DNA of 57,577 nucleotides from Clostridia bacterium (GCA_027420455.1 DAIBJA010000025.1:1-57577); one strand, 5' to 3'. Counted from the stretch's first letter, positions 18,708 through 34,793 are shown. Notes: generated by a model from the letters alone, not told the origin. Numbers and translations: made by a program.

Positions 18708-18910
18708 TCGACCTGTGCACAAAGGTGTGGAAGGAGCTGCGGATATGCAGTGCACTCATTGGGGACAAGTCCCGGCCTGTGGACAGGCGCCCAGTTCATC
18801 CGCAAGTTGTCCACGTTCCATCCCAACCCGGAATCCGTTCGCCTAGAGCTTCGTGGGGGATATCCACACTATCCCGGCCTCTACTGCTCCTGCTTCTTTG
18901 ATTGATCAAA
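18708..18910. other. oriC part 2: DnaA boxes plus DnaA-trio unwinding element
   Basis: Degenerate boxes TGTGCACAA (18714), TGCGGATAT (18738), TGGGGACAA (18760), TGTGGACAG (18778), TCATCCGCA (18796), TTGTCCACG (18807), ATATCCACA (18860), then GGCCT and CTA CTG CTC CTG CTT CTT triplets (18881-18898). Confidence 0.88.
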
Positions 18911-18946
18911 AGAGTCCAAGCAGTTCTTACGCGGGGTGAATACGCG

Positions 18947-20059
18947 ATGCTCATCTTCGAGACGCCTGCCCAGATCCTGTCCGATGCCCTCGTCCTCGTC
19001 TCCCGTGCCGTGGCGCAGCGCGACCAGGTACCGTCCATGACAGGGGTGCTCCTGCGCGCCGCGGCGGGGGAGGTCGAACTGACCGCCACGGACGGGGAGC
19101 TCGCGATGCGCGTGGCCGTTCCCGCCGAGGTCGAGGCGGAGGGATCGGTTCTGGTGCCCGCCCGCACATTCGCGGATCTGCTCCGCCTCGTGCCGCCCGA
19201 GACCTCGGTCCAGTTCCGCGGTCTCGACGGACAGGTCGGCATCCGCTTCCTGCGGTCGCGCTTTGACCTGCCGACACTGCGCAGCGAGGAGTTCCCGCCT
19301 CTCGACTTCGAGAGCCCAGCCGAGCCTTTCATGGTGCGCGGCGATTCCTTCAAGGAACTCGTGCGCAAGACGAGCTATGCCGTATCCGCAAGAGATGACG
19401 GACGCCTATTTACGATCGGCATGTCCCTCACCTTGCGCGAGGGCTACCTGTCCGCCGCGACGACCGACAACCACCGGCTCGCATGGGCGAGGGTACCCGT
19501 CGCCAGCGAGGGTCCGGACCAGGAGATCCTGCTGCCGGCGCGAGCGCTCGCCGAGATCGTCCGCGCTCTGCCGGACGACGAGGTCGAGGTCCGCTTCGAG
19601 CCGAACCGGATGCTGCTGCGCACCCCGGGCGGCTTGACGACGTTCCTGACGGCGATCAGGGCCCAGTTCCCGGACACCCGGCGAGTGGTGTTCGACAGTT
19701 ACGCCACCACGGTCCGGTTCGATCTGGCGCCGGTGCTGGCCGCCGTCGAACGCACGCAGCTGGTCGCGGACCAGAAGAACGCGCGCCTGCGCCTCAAGGT
19801 CGAGGAGAACCTTGTGCGCATCAGCGCGAGCTCGAGCGAGGGCGGTCAGGGCGCGGAGGAGGTACCCGTCGAGACGAGCGGCGATCCTGTTGAACTCGTC
19901 TTCGGACCCAAGTACCTCGTCGACGGCCTGCGCTCGCTGCCGGACGGCCCTGCGGTGCTCGAGGTGATGCACGCGGAGAGCCCGGCGCGTTTCAGGCCGG
20001 ACATCGAGCGCCGCGACCAGTTCGCCATCGTCATGCCGCTCAGGCAGACCGAATCCTGA
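18947..20059 (+). CDS. dnaN: DNA polymerase III beta sliding clamp
   Basis: LTATDGE, EEFP, TTDNHRLA, FPD, AIVMPLR. About 370 aa, after dnaA. Confidence 0.96.
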   Translation: MLIFETPAQILSDALVLVSRAVAQRDQVPSMTGVLLRAAAGEVELTATDGELAMRVAVPAEVEAEGSVLVPARTFADLLRLVPPETSVQFRGLDGQVGIRFLRSRFDLPTLRSEEFPPLDFESPAEPFMVRGDSFKELVRKTSYAVSARDDGRLFTIGMSLTLREGYLSAATTDNHRLAWARVPVASEGPDQEILLPARALAEIVRALPDDEVEVRFEPNRMLLRTPGGLTTFLTAIRAQFPDTRRVVFDSYATTVRFDLAPVLAAVERTQLVADQKNARLRLKVEENLVRISASSSEGGQGAEEVPVETSGDPVELVFGPKYLVDGLRSLPDGPAVLEVMHAESPARFRPDIERRDQFAIVMPLRQTES

Positions 20060-20283
20060 TGCGGTCTCTGCCGATCCGTGATGCCGCGCAGGGACTGCCT
20101 CTGCAGGCGGCCGTGCAGATTGCCGGATGGGCGGAGACCGGCGGACAGGCTAAGATCCTCGTGCAGCAGGGTCAGGTGACGGTGAACGGGCAGGTGGAGA
20201 CGCGCCGCAGCCACTTCGTGCGCCTAGGCGACGTGCTCTCCTGTTCCGGCGAGGAAGTGGAGATCACGAGCGATGATCGTTGA
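20059..20283 (+). CDS. yaaA: S4-domain RNA-binding protein YaaA
   Basis: TGGQAKILVQQGQVTVNGQVETRR. Lies between dnaN and recF. Confidence 0.9.
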   Translation: MRSLPIRDAAQGLPLQAAVQIAGWAETGGQAKILVQQGQVTVNGQVETRRSHFVRLGDVLSCSGEEVEITSDDR

Positions 20284-21346
20284 GACGCTCTCGCTCGAGA
20301 ACTGGCGCAATGTCCGTACGGCCCAGGTGGAGTTCGACCCGGGGCTGACGCTGTTCACGGGTCCGAACGCGCAGGGCAAGACCAACCTGCTGGAAGCCGT
20401 CTTCCTCTTGGCCACCGGCCGCTCCCACCGGACGTCTCGCCCGGAGGAAATGGTCTCATTCGAAGGGGATCAAGCCTACCTGCGCGCGCGGATCCGGCGC
20501 CCGAGCGGCGAGTACCAGCTCTCGGCGCGCATCGACGGAAGCCGCGTCACGCGCCAGCGCGAAGGCAAGCTCTTCCGGCGCGGGCAGGACCCTCTCGGCG
20601 ACTTCGCCGCGGTGCTGTTCGCGCCGGAGGACCTTTTGGCCCTAAAAGGCGCTCCCGCCGATCGCCGGCGTCTTCTCGACCTCGACGTAGGACAGGCGTC
20701 CCTTTCCTACCGCCAGGCGCACGTGCGCTACGGGCAGGTTCTGCGCCAGCGCAACGCCCTCTTGCGGACCTATGAGCGACCCCCCAGGGAGTTGATCGCC
20801 ACCTGGGATTCCGCCTGGGCCCAGGCGGCGGTAGCCCTCACGCATGAGCGCCAGAAGCTGGTTGAGCGACTCGATCCGCACTTTTCGGCGCGCTATGGAG
20901 AGATCTCCGGCGGCGAACCGGCAAGCCTCGAATACGAACCGTCCCTCAAGGCGTCCGATGCCGCGCACGCCCTCGAGCTGCTCGCGGAGCGCCGGGAGGA
21001 TGAGCTTCGTCGCCGGACCAGCCTTCTCGGTCCGCACCGCGACGATCTCAAGGCCGCGATCGACGGACGCGACCTGAGACTCTACGGATCGCAGGGCGAG
21101 CAGCGTACCGTTCTTGTGGCATTCAAGCTTGCGGTCGTGTCGCTGCTGGGGGAGGGGCCCGGCGGGCCGCCGGTTCTTCTGCTCGATGACGTGCTGTCGG
21201 AACTGGACCAGGACCGCAGGAGAAATCTCCTACTGGCCGCCACCGGCACACAGACCATCGTCACGACCACGGAATCCGCCCTTGCCGGCATGCAGCCCGG
21301 CATGACCTACGCGGTGCGTGACGGAGAGTACGTAAGGACATGGTAG
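20273..21346 (+). CDS. recF: DNA replication/repair protein RecF
   Basis: GPNAQGKTNLLEA, GPHRDDL, GSQGEQRT, LLLDDVLSELD. Confidence 0.97.
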   Translation: MIVETLSLENWRNVRTAQVEFDPGLTLFTGPNAQGKTNLLEAVFLLATGRSHRTSRPEEMVSFEGDQAYLRARIRRPSGEYQLSARIDGSRVTRQREGKLFRRGQDPLGDFAAVLFAPEDLLALKGAPADRRRLLDLDVGQASLSYRQAHVRYGQVLRQRNALLRTYERPPRELIATWDSAWAQAAVALTHERQKLVERLDPHFSARYGEISGGEPASLEYEPSLKASDAAHALELLAERREDELRRRTSLLGPHRDDLKAAIDGRDLRLYGSQGEQRTVLVAFKLAVVSLLGEGPGGPPVLLLDDVLSELDQDRRRNLLLAATGTQTIVTTTESALAGMQPGMTYAVRDGEYVRTW

Positions 21347-21766
21347 AATCGAGACTGGGGGAGATCATCAAGGGATTTGTCGCGAGCAGCGGCTTCGTCC
21401 GGCAGATGCGCCTCTATAGTGCCTATGGCCACTGGGAGACGATTGTCGGAGCCGAGGTCGCGCGGCATGTGCGCCCGCTGCGCATCGAGCGCGGCATCCT
21501 ATGGCTTGTCGCCGATTCCGGCGTCTGGGCCGAGGAAACGTCGTTCGCCAGGCCCGTCATTCTCGAGGCCTTGAAGCGACATGGCGTCGACGTGCGCGAC
21601 ATCCGCCTGCGCCAGGGCACCCTGCCGCGGCCGGAGTCTCTTGCGGATCTGCCGCGCAGGCAAATCGCGCCACCACCGCCACCTTTGCCGGCGGCGGAGC
21701 TGATCCGGGATCCGGACCTGCGCCAGGCATTCACGGCTCTTGGCCCGCGCAAGGAGGGAGATCCGC

Positions 21767-21789
<23 letters not shown>
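21340..21789 (+). CDS. DUF721/DciA-family protein
   Basis: WETIVGAEVARHVRPLRIERGILWLVADSGVWAEE, the DUF721 core pattern. Directly after recF. Confidence 0.75.
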
Positions 21790-25590
<3,801 letters not shown>

Positions 25591-25602
25591 GCTAAGAACG
25601 CG

Positions 25603-25639
25603 CGCAGGGGACCACATCGTCCGGATGTGGTCCCCTGCG
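25603..25639. terminator. Bidirectional hairpin between convergent genes
   Basis: Perfect 16-bp stem CGCAGGGGACCACATC-gtccg-GATGTGGTCCCCTGCG. No U-tract. Confidence 0.65.
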
Positions 25640-25642
25640 GCG

Positions 25643-26695
25643 CTATCCCTCCGGGCTGTACCGGTCGGAGATGTCGGCCACGAGATCTCGCTTCAAGCCG
25701 TCGAGCAGGTCGAGTTGCTCGACCGCACCCAGCTTGGCTCCTGCCAGTTCAGCCACCGGTGCGAGCGTTGCCAGGACGTCGAGGCGCTGGACCAGGATCT
25801 TTCTTGGTACGCCACGACGCAGCATGGCCTCGAGCACGCGCACGGGCGCCTCGCGGTAGAAACCGTCCCCGATGGCGGCGTGGGTATCGAGCACCCGTCC
25901 CGTCGCCTTGTCCACGCACATCACGACGCGTGGAAATGCTGGGCGCCCGGATTCTTCCCGCACCAGCATTCGCGGCAGGTAGAAATAGTCCACCTCCCAC
26001 GTAGCCGTCGTGTGCCTTGGCTTTTGAAAGCGAATACGGTTTTTCAGTGCCGCAAGGTCCGGCAGCGGGTATCGCCTCGTCTCCTCGAACGGTTCTTCGG
26101 TCCACGCATCCACCATTTCGCCGTCCACCTGGCGCCGCGTGAAGATTGGCCGCGACGCGTCGTTCGGCTCTAGCAGATTCGGGTTTTCTCGGATGCGGCT
26201 TGCCAGAGATCGCGCCTCCCGCAGCACGAAGGCGAGGAATGGGACGTCCTCAGGATCGACGTACCAGGGCGCATAGCCGGGTTCGTGCAGACGGAACAGA
26301 GGCCACGCCTTCGTGCCATGGTAGTCGAGGCCGAGCCGTGTGATCTGCTCCTTGTCCCGAGGCTCAAGGTCAGACTCGTCTTCGAAGGTCGCCATCAGCG
26401 CATACGGAAGGCGTTCCATCAAATCGGTGTCGTCGACCTGCGAAAAGTCCAGCTCCTGGCTCGACGCCTGCAGCTGGAAGCTGCGAAAACCCCGCGTTCC
26501 CAAGAACACCGCAAGTCCAAAAATTTCGCCGCCGGCGCCGAAAACGGAGCAGTAACCAGTCCGGCCGTTTTCGGGCCAGACGACGGCAAATAGATCGGTG
26601 TCGGCCATATAACTCCACGGCGACAGGTCTCGGAACTCCTCGGCGGCTTTGTATAGTTCACGCCACCCAGCCAACGGCGCCTCTGTGTGCTGCAT
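25643..26695 (-). CDS. Conserved hypothetical protein (DUF6930/DUF7309-like, tentative)
   Basis: 350-aa ORF, ATG 26695 after AGGGGGG. The WRELYKAAEEF..LSPW..M.DTDLF...GYCSVFG..GE.FGLAVF.G and WPLFR..PGYAPW patterns resemble an uncharacterised family. Confidence 0.65.
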   Translation of the reverse strand: MQHTEAPLAGWRELYKAAEEFRDLSPWSYMADTDLFAVVWPENGRTGYCSVFGAGGEIFGLAVFLGTRGFRSFQLQASSQELDFSQVDDTDLMERLPYALMATFEDESDLEPRDKEQITRLGLDYHGTKAWPLFRLHEPGYAPWYVDPEDVPFLAFVLREARSLASRIRENPNLLEPNDASRPIFTRRQVDGEMVDAWTEEPFEETRRYPLPDLAALKNRIRFQKPRHTTATWEVDYFYLPRMLVREESGRPAFPRVVMCVDKATGRVLDTHAAIGDGFYREAPVRVLEAMLRRGVPRKILVQRLDVLATLAPVAELAGAKLGAVEQLDLLDGLKRDLVADISDRYSPEG

Positions 26696-26829
26696 GGGCC
26701 CCCCTGTACACGTGGTGGACTTGCCGTCGACCGAGTTCGCGACGGCGGCTTGCGATGCCTTCACTTCTTGCGGATGCTGAGCCAGGCACTCGGCACATCG
26801 GATCTCCGTCTTCCGGTACGGTTACCGTC

Positions 26830-27750
26830 TTAGGAGGTGCAGAGGCCATCGCCGCAGGGGCGGCCCTGGCTCTCCACCTGGAGGGTGCAGTGGGCGATAC
26901 CGAAACGCTCCTGGAGCAGTTGCGAGGCGCGGGAGATGACGGTACCCGTCTCCGCCAGAGGCATGTCGACCAGCACCAGGTGCGCCGACAGGGCACGCTC
27001 GCCGCTGCCAATGCTCCAGACGTGCATGTGATGGCAGGAGCGCACCGCCGTGTCCGCTTCGATCGCCTTGCACAGGGCATCGAGGTCGACATCGCCTGGC
27101 GTCGCCTCCATCAGGATCGCGACGGTCTCGCGGAGGATGCCCCAGGCGAAGCGCACGATCAGGAGCGACACGATGATCGAGGCGATCGGGTCGGCCACGC
27201 GCCAGCCTGTGAGGGCGATGACCAAGCCGGACAGGAGCACTGTGGCGGATGCCGCGGCGTCCGTCATGACGTGCAGCCAGGCGCTGCGCACGTTGAGGCT
27301 CTCGTGGTGGTGCCCGCCCTGCAGCCTGAGGCCGATGTAGAGGTTGCCGAGCATGCCCAGGAGGGCCACCACCCACACGATGGTCCCCTGCACGGCGACG
27401 GGATGCATGAGGCGCCCGATCGCCTCGACGACGATGGCGCCCGAGACGAGCAGCAGGGTCGAGGCGTTGAAGAGAGCCGCGAGGATGCCGGCGCGCGAGA
27501 AGCCGTAGCTCCATCGCCCTGTGGCGGGGCGTCTCTCAAGACGTGCCGAGAACAGCGAAGCGCCGAGCGCCAAGACGTCGGTGAGGACATGGCCCGCGTC
27601 GCCCAGGAGACCGAGACTGTGCGCGATGAAGCCGCCGACCGCCTCGATCAGCAGGATCAGGACGGCGAGCGTGAACGCTGCGCGCAGGAAGCGCTCCCCG
27701 GAAGCATGCTCATGGGACGTTCCCTGCGGATGCTCGTGCTGCATGCCCAT
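26830..27750 (-). CDS. Cation diffusion facilitator (CzcD/ZitB-like) metal exporter
   Basis: SLGLLGDAGHVLTD, YGFSRAGILAALFN, HHHESLNVRSAWLHVMTD, HMHVWSI, HCTLQVE. ATG 27750 after AAAGGAG. Confidence 0.93.
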   Translation of the reverse strand: MGMQHEHPQGTSHEHASGERFLRAAFTLAVLILLIEAVGGFIAHSLGLLGDAGHVLTDVLALGASLFSARLERRPATGRWSYGFSRAGILAALFNASTLLLVSGAIVVEAIGRLMHPVAVQGTIVWVVALLGMLGNLYIGLRLQGGHHHESLNVRSAWLHVMTDAAASATVLLSGLVIALTGWRVADPIASIIVSLLIVRFAWGILRETVAILMEATPGDVDLDALCKAIEADTAVRSCHHMHVWSIGSGERALSAHLVLVDMPLAETGTVISRASQLLQERFGIAHCTLQVESQGRPCGDGLCTS

Positions 27751-27794
27751 GAACCTCTCCTTTCCGGGGCCTCCCCCCGCGCCGACTGCCCTAC

Positions 27795-27859
27795 ATTCTA
27801 GTCCCGGGGCTCGCGGCGGTCCAACCGCCTGGACACTGCGTGGACGCACAGGATATGCT
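27795..27859. promoter_or_regulatory. Divergent sigma-A-like promoters (CDF gene / gyrA)
   Basis: Plus: TGGACA (27830-35), 18 bp, TATGCT (27854-59). Minus: TGGACC (27823-18), 17 bp, TAGAAT (27800-27795). Confidence 0.45.
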
Positions 27860-27916
27860 AAGATCGGTCTGGGGCGTGTCCCCATTTTTTTGCGTATGCA
27901 CGGTGGAGGGACCTGA

Positions 27917-30373
<2,457 letters not shown>

Positions 30374-30388
30374 CGCGATCTGAGCCTG

Positions 30389-30410
30389 GGGCTCCCCGCG
30401 AGGGGAGCCC
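30389..30410 (+). terminator. Hairpin after gyrA
   Basis: GGGCTCCCC-GCGA-GGGGAGCCC (9-bp stem, GNRA loop). A second longer hairpin at about 30473-30512 may serve the convergent gene. Confidence 0.6.
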
Positions 30411-30532
30411 TGAATCTTGTCCGTGCTCCGCAGCCGGGTGCGTTCCGTCCCCACGCCGGTCGGCAAAGGCGGAGGCCGCCCCCGGCAGCCTTGACTGCCT
30501 CGGGACGGCCTCGCCCGCTACCGGTCCTCGGT

Positions 30533-31339
30533 TCAGTGGCGACGGGTGTGCGCCGGTTCTAGGTCTGGCGCGGCGTATTGCACGCCGGTGCGCTCTCCCG
30601 GGTAGCTGTACTCGTTGCGGCCCGCGGCCTGGTACCCGTAGCCCGCGCCGGCGGCCGTCCGGCCGAAGCCGGACTGCGTCTGCGCATATCCACGGTTAGC
30701 GTAGGTCTCGGGGTTCCTGCCCGTGGCACCGGTATAGGTCGTGCCGCGGTTGGCGGACGCGTACGTCGCGCCGTACTGCGAGACCCCCTGATGCGTGGGC
30801 GGCAGGTGCGTCGAGCGCAGCCATTCCTCCGGGGATTCGTGGGGTTTGAGGCTGGGGTACCAGCCGTGCTGCTCCGCGATCTTGTAGAGCTCGAAGGCCT
30901 GCTCGAGGTGCTGGCGCGAGATGTCTGCCAGGGTCCGGCGCAGTTGGGGCTGCGAAGCCTCCGTGGCCACTTCCATGAACTTCGTCGCCGCAGTCTTGCA
31001 GTCGACGAGGCAGTCCAGGACCATGGTGCGGTCTTCGATGCGGCCGGTCGGTTCCGGGCGAACCGTCTGCCGGCTCGGCTTGTGGCCGCTTTCCCCACGG
31101 AAGTGCGAACCGTACTGCGTCATACCTGTCTCATGCGTGCCAGTCTCGTGGGCGTAGCCGATGAGCTCCTGGTAGGTCCTTTCCGCATTGCGCTGATGCG
31201 CGTGGAACACGGTCTCAAGCTCGTGATCCCTCGTCTCCTCGGCGTAGAACGCGAGCTTGTCGACGGCGTTCGACGTTGTGAGCAGGACCTCGTGCAGACC
31301 CATCGCCTCGGACACGGTCAGCTGGTGCGAACCGACCAA
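30533..31339 (-). CDS. Spore coat protein, Coat F-like domains with Tyr/Gly-rich tail
   Basis: EAMGLHEVL...ETRDHELE, then ATEASQPQLRRTL...AFELYKIAEQHGWY (Coat F-like), and a low-complexity C-terminus. Confidence 0.7.
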   Translation of the reverse strand: MVGSHQLTVSEAMGLHEVLLTTSNAVDKLAFYAEETRDHELETVFHAHQRNAERTYQELIGYAHETGTHETGMTQYGSHFRGESGHKPSRQTVRPEPTGRIEDRTMVLDCLVDCKTAATKFMEVATEASQPQLRRTLADISRQHLEQAFELYKIAEQHGWYPSLKPHESPEEWLRSTHLPPTHQGVSQYGATYASANRGTTYTGATGRNPETYANRGYAQTQSGFGRTAAGAGYGYQAAGRNEYSYPGERTGVQYAAPDLEPAHTRRH

Positions 31340-31504
31340 CGGGCAGCCCCCTCCCTCGGATCACCCGCCGTCTCCGACGGGCAAGCCTAGGTTCTGCCGC
31401 CCTTCGCCCGTTATGTTGGTACATGCTGCGCCGAGTTCGAAGCGTCTGCCAACGCCGCCTCGGGCGCGCGTTGCGCCTGGCGGCCGGGGCCGCGGCGCCT
31501 GGAG

Positions 31505-33349
31505 CTAATAGAGGGCGCGCAGCGCCGATATGAGGTTCGCGACGTCTGGCCAGCCGATGCCGGTGCGCGAGTCGTAGGTCGTGTTGTTCGGATTGTGCAG
31601 GGCGCCTGGCCCATAGCGCGATCCGGCGACGTTGTAGAGGGCTTGCGACGCCGAAGGCACATAGGGCACGGCGGCGCGGCAGAGTGCCCAGATCGCCGCC
31701 CAGGCCGGCGCGCCCAGACTCGTGCCGCCCTGCTGCCACCAACCGCCCATGTAGACGGCGACGCCCGTGGCGGGATTGCCCACGAACGCGACATCGGGCA
31801 CCTGACGCTGCGCTTTGCCGGTCACGCGCTGCTGCCAGTAGGGAGCGGGGAACGACGTCGGTCCGAAGGTGGAGGTCTCGGGCGGCTGGTTCCAGTAGGT
31901 CTGGAAGAACGAGGCCTGGTTGCGCTCGATCAGGGTCGTGCCGCCGACCGCCACGGCGCTCGGGTCTTCGCTCGGCCAGATGAGCGGCGGCGGTCCGGAC
32001 TGCCCGAGGTTGTCCCCACCCGCGGCGAAGAGCGAGAAGCCCTCCGCCTGGAGCGCGGCCAGTTCCTGGCTTGCGCCCTGGAACGAACCCTGATTCGCGA
32101 AGACTCCCCAGGAGACCGATGCGATGTCCGCGCCGTTGCGCGCCTGACCCGAAAGAGCCGCGACAAGATCCGCGGGGAAGTCCTGGGCGGAACCGCTGGC
32201 GCTGTCCTCGACGACGATCAGCTGGCTGAGGGGGGCCAAGGCGTGCGCCCACTCGATGTCCATCGTCGCCTCGAGGCCGGGCGCCAGGTTCTGGCCCGAA
32301 AGGCTCTCCACGCGGATGCTTGGCGCCGGCAGGCCGAAGGCGTTGTCGAAGGTGGCGATGTCCTGGTAGGAGAAGCCCTGGCGCACATAAAGCACGATGG
32401 CCTGGCCCTGGCCGAAGTCCCCGCCGACCCAGGTGTTGTAGATGTCGTAGGCGCGCGCGATCTTCTGCGGTGTGAAGACGAAGGACGGGACGGTGAGCCC
32501 CGCCGGCGGCAGGCCACGCACGTGCACGTCGGCGAACGCGGTGGTGCGCTGCCCGGTGCGGCCGTCCGTGACCGTCACGCCGAGACGGTACGTGCCGCGC
32601 GCCGCGTTGGCGCCGAACGGGATCTGCTCCTGCCTCGCGCTGTTTCCGCCCATCAGCGGCACGAGGTTCCCTTCCGGGTTGTGCATCGTCCAGGTGAAGC
32701 CGAGCGGATCGCTGGCGGGCACGCCGCCGACGATCGCCGCGACGCTGAGAACGCTGCCCGGCTGCAGCGTCGAGACCGCAAGGGAGATGCGCGCGTAAAG
32801 CCCTGCGGGTGTCGGCGCCTTGTGGGGCGGCCAGGTCTCCTTGAGTCCGAGCGCGGTCGCAAGCAGCGACGTAGGCATGTACATCGTGCGATCGGCATAG
32901 AGTGCATCAGGCAACCGCTCGCTGCCGATCTGCAGCGAGCGGCCGGCCGGCGTCCACTCCTTGCGGCGCGCGACGAGCCGCACGTGACGGATTTGCACCC
33001 GGAAGGCCCCGTGGAACGAGCCGGTCCGGGCCATGGCCGCCATCAGGGCGCGTGGCGGCGTGCCGCCTAGGACGACCATCTGGCTCTTCCGCACCCAGCG
33101 GATCGAGAGGTGCGCGAGCGAGGCGGCGTAGCGCGCGGCGGTATAAAGCCTTCCCCGGTAGACGATGGAGACCGGGGCAAGGTTCGTGCCGTTCCAGAAG
33201 GAGTCGTTGTCCGGCGTCACGCTGTGCCCCGCGAGCAGCAGCGTCTGTGCGCTCGCGTACGCGGTGACGTAACTCGCCGCCACGGCGGGGGCCGCGGCCG
33301 CAAGGCAGATCGCGCCGCCGAGGGTAACGCCAAGGAGCTTACGCTTCAT
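31505..33349 (-). CDS. Secreted S53 (sedolisin/kumamolisin-like) peptidase with extra N-terminal domains
   Basis: Signal peptide MKRKLLGVTLGGAICLAAAAPAVA. EATMDIEWAHALAP (Glu/Asp), SVSWG, AGGD, VAVGGT, RQVPDVA, GGTSLGAP (Ser), YDSRTGIG. Confidence 0.88.
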   Translation of the reverse strand: MKRKLLGVTLGGAICLAAAAPAVAASYVTAYASAQTLLLAGHSVTPDNDSFWNGTNLAPVSIVYRGRLYTAARYAASLAHLSIRWVRKSQMVVLGGTPPRALMAAMARTGSFHGAFRVQIRHVRLVARRKEWTPAGRSLQIGSERLPDALYADRTMYMPTSLLATALGLKETWPPHKAPTPAGLYARISLAVSTLQPGSVLSVAAIVGGVPASDPLGFTWTMHNPEGNLVPLMGGNSARQEQIPFGANAARGTYRLGVTVTDGRTGQRTTAFADVHVRGLPPAGLTVPSFVFTPQKIARAYDIYNTWVGGDFGQGQAIVLYVRQGFSYQDIATFDNAFGLPAPSIRVESLSGQNLAPGLEATMDIEWAHALAPLSQLIVVEDSASGSAQDFPADLVAALSGQARNGADIASVSWGVFANQGSFQGASQELAALQAEGFSLFAAGGDNLGQSGPPPLIWPSEDPSAVAVGGTTLIERNQASFFQTYWNQPPETSTFGPTSFPAPYWQQRVTGKAQRQVPDVAFVGNPATGVAVYMGGWWQQGGTSLGAPAWAAIWALCRAAVPYVPSASQALYNVAGSRYGPGALHNPNNTTYDSRTGIGWPDVANLISALRALY

Positions 33350-33708
33350 CGAGATGCCTCCGGCACAATGCGGATGACGTCCCCTGGTGCCGTCGCCGCA
33401 GCCGCGATGGTGCCGTAGGGAAGCTCGAGGACGAGATGGGCGGCGCGCACGACGGGCGAAAAACGCCATGGCATGAGCTGCATCGCATGCTGTACGACGC
33501 CGGACCGGTCAAGAAAAAGCACGTCGATGGGGAAGCGCATGAAGGCCGCGTGCACGCTCTTGCAGGGCACGATCACGAGCCCTTCCCCTTGAGGCAGATC
33601 GCGCCGACCAAGGAGTCCGCGCATGCGCGAGAAGAAGCCGTCCGCCACGGTGGCGCGGGTGGCCAGATCCGTCGACTTGGTCTCGTTGACGATCCGGACG
33701 ATGGCCAA
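33346..33708 (-). CDS. DUF192 family protein
   Basis: VADGFFSRMRGLLGR, PCKSVHAAFMRFPIDVLFLD, VLELPYG. TTG 33708 after GGAGG. ATGA overlap with the peptidase gene. Confidence 0.88.
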   Translation of the reverse strand: MAIVRIVNETKSTDLATRATVADGFFSRMRGLLGRRDLPQGEGLVIVPCKSVHAAFMRFPIDVLFLDRSGVVQHAMQLMPWRFSPVVRAAHLVLELPYGTIAAAATAPGDVIRIVPEASR

Positions 33709-33904
33709 TCGTGGACGCCTCCCCGGAAGTGAGTACGCCACCCAGAGGACAATGCCTTCTGGTAGTGTTCGGCAACGCGCCATGGTCGCCCGCACATGCT
33801 AGAATGATGTCGACCACAAGAGCGCGTCCCAAGGTCGCGCACGAGTTTCGGAGGCATGGCCTGCCCCGTGGCAGGCCGTCTATTTTCGAGGGGGTCAAAG
33901 GGGA

Positions 33905-34792
33905 ATGGAGCGAGAGGTAGGCACCTTCAGGGTGAAGGCGGGCCTGGCGGAGATGCTCAAGGGCGGCGTCATCATGGACGTGACGACGCCGGAGCAGGCG
34001 GTGATCGCCGAGCGCGCGGGCGCCGTGGCCGTCATGGCGCTGGAGCGGGTGCCGGCGGACATCCGCGCGGCGGGCGGCGTCGCCCGCATGGCGGACCCGC
34101 GCATCGTCCGCGAGATCATGGACGCCGTGACGATTCCGGTGATGGCGAAGGCCCGCATCGGCCACTTCGTCGAGGCGCAGATCCTCGAGGCTCTGGGCGT
34201 CGACTACATCGACGAGTCCGAGGTTCTGACGCCGGCGGACGAGCAGTACCACATCGACAAGGCGAAGTTCAAGGTTCCGTTCGTCTGCGGCGCGCGCAAC
34301 CTCGGGGAGGCTCTGAGGCGTATCGCCGAGGGTGCCGCGATGATCCGCACCAAGGGCGAGCCTGGCACCGGCAACGTCGTAGAGGCGGTCCGCCACGCGC
34401 GCACCGTCAACGCCGACATCCGGCGTGTCGTCGCGGCGCCCGAGGACGAGCTCGGCACGATCGCCAAGGAACTCGGCGCGCCGATCGAGCTGGTGCGCGA
34501 GGTGCATGAGCTGGGCCGGCTGCCGGTGGTGAACTTCTCCGCAGGCGGCATCGCGACGCCGGCGGACGCCGCCCTGATGATGCAGCTCGGCGTCGACGGC
34601 ATCTTCGTCGGCTCGGGCATCTTCAAGTCCCAGGACCCCGAGGCGCGTGCCCGCGCGGTCGTGCGCGCGACGACGCACTTCCAGGACCCCGCGGTGCTCG
34701 CGGAGGTCTCGGTGGGACTTGGCGAGGCGATGCCCGGCATCGAGATCTCGAAGATCGCGCCGGCGGAGCGCATGCAGGAGCGTGGCTGGTAG
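33905..34792 (+). CDS. pdxS: Pyridoxal 5'-phosphate synthase lyase subunit
   Basis: [52 protein letters not shown]. Confidence 0.99.
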   Translation: MEREVGTFRVKAGLAEMLKGGVIMDVTTPEQAVIAERAGAVAVMALERVPADIRAAGGVARMADPRIVREIMDAVTIPVMAKARIGHFVEAQILEALGVDYIDESEVLTPADEQYHIDKAKFKVPFVCGARNLGEALRRIAEGAAMIRTKGEPGTGNVVEAVRHARTVNADIRRVVAAPEDELGTIAKELGAPIELVREVHELGRLPVVNFSAGGIATPADAALMMQLGVDGIFVGSGIFKSQDPEARARAVVRATTHFQDPAVLAEVSVGLGEAMPGIEISKIAPAERMQERGW

Positions 34793-34793
34793 A

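Noticed and set aside
30374-30532. rRNA operon after gyrA (as in B. subtilis)
   Set aside because: No rRNA sequence is present, only terminator-like hairpins.
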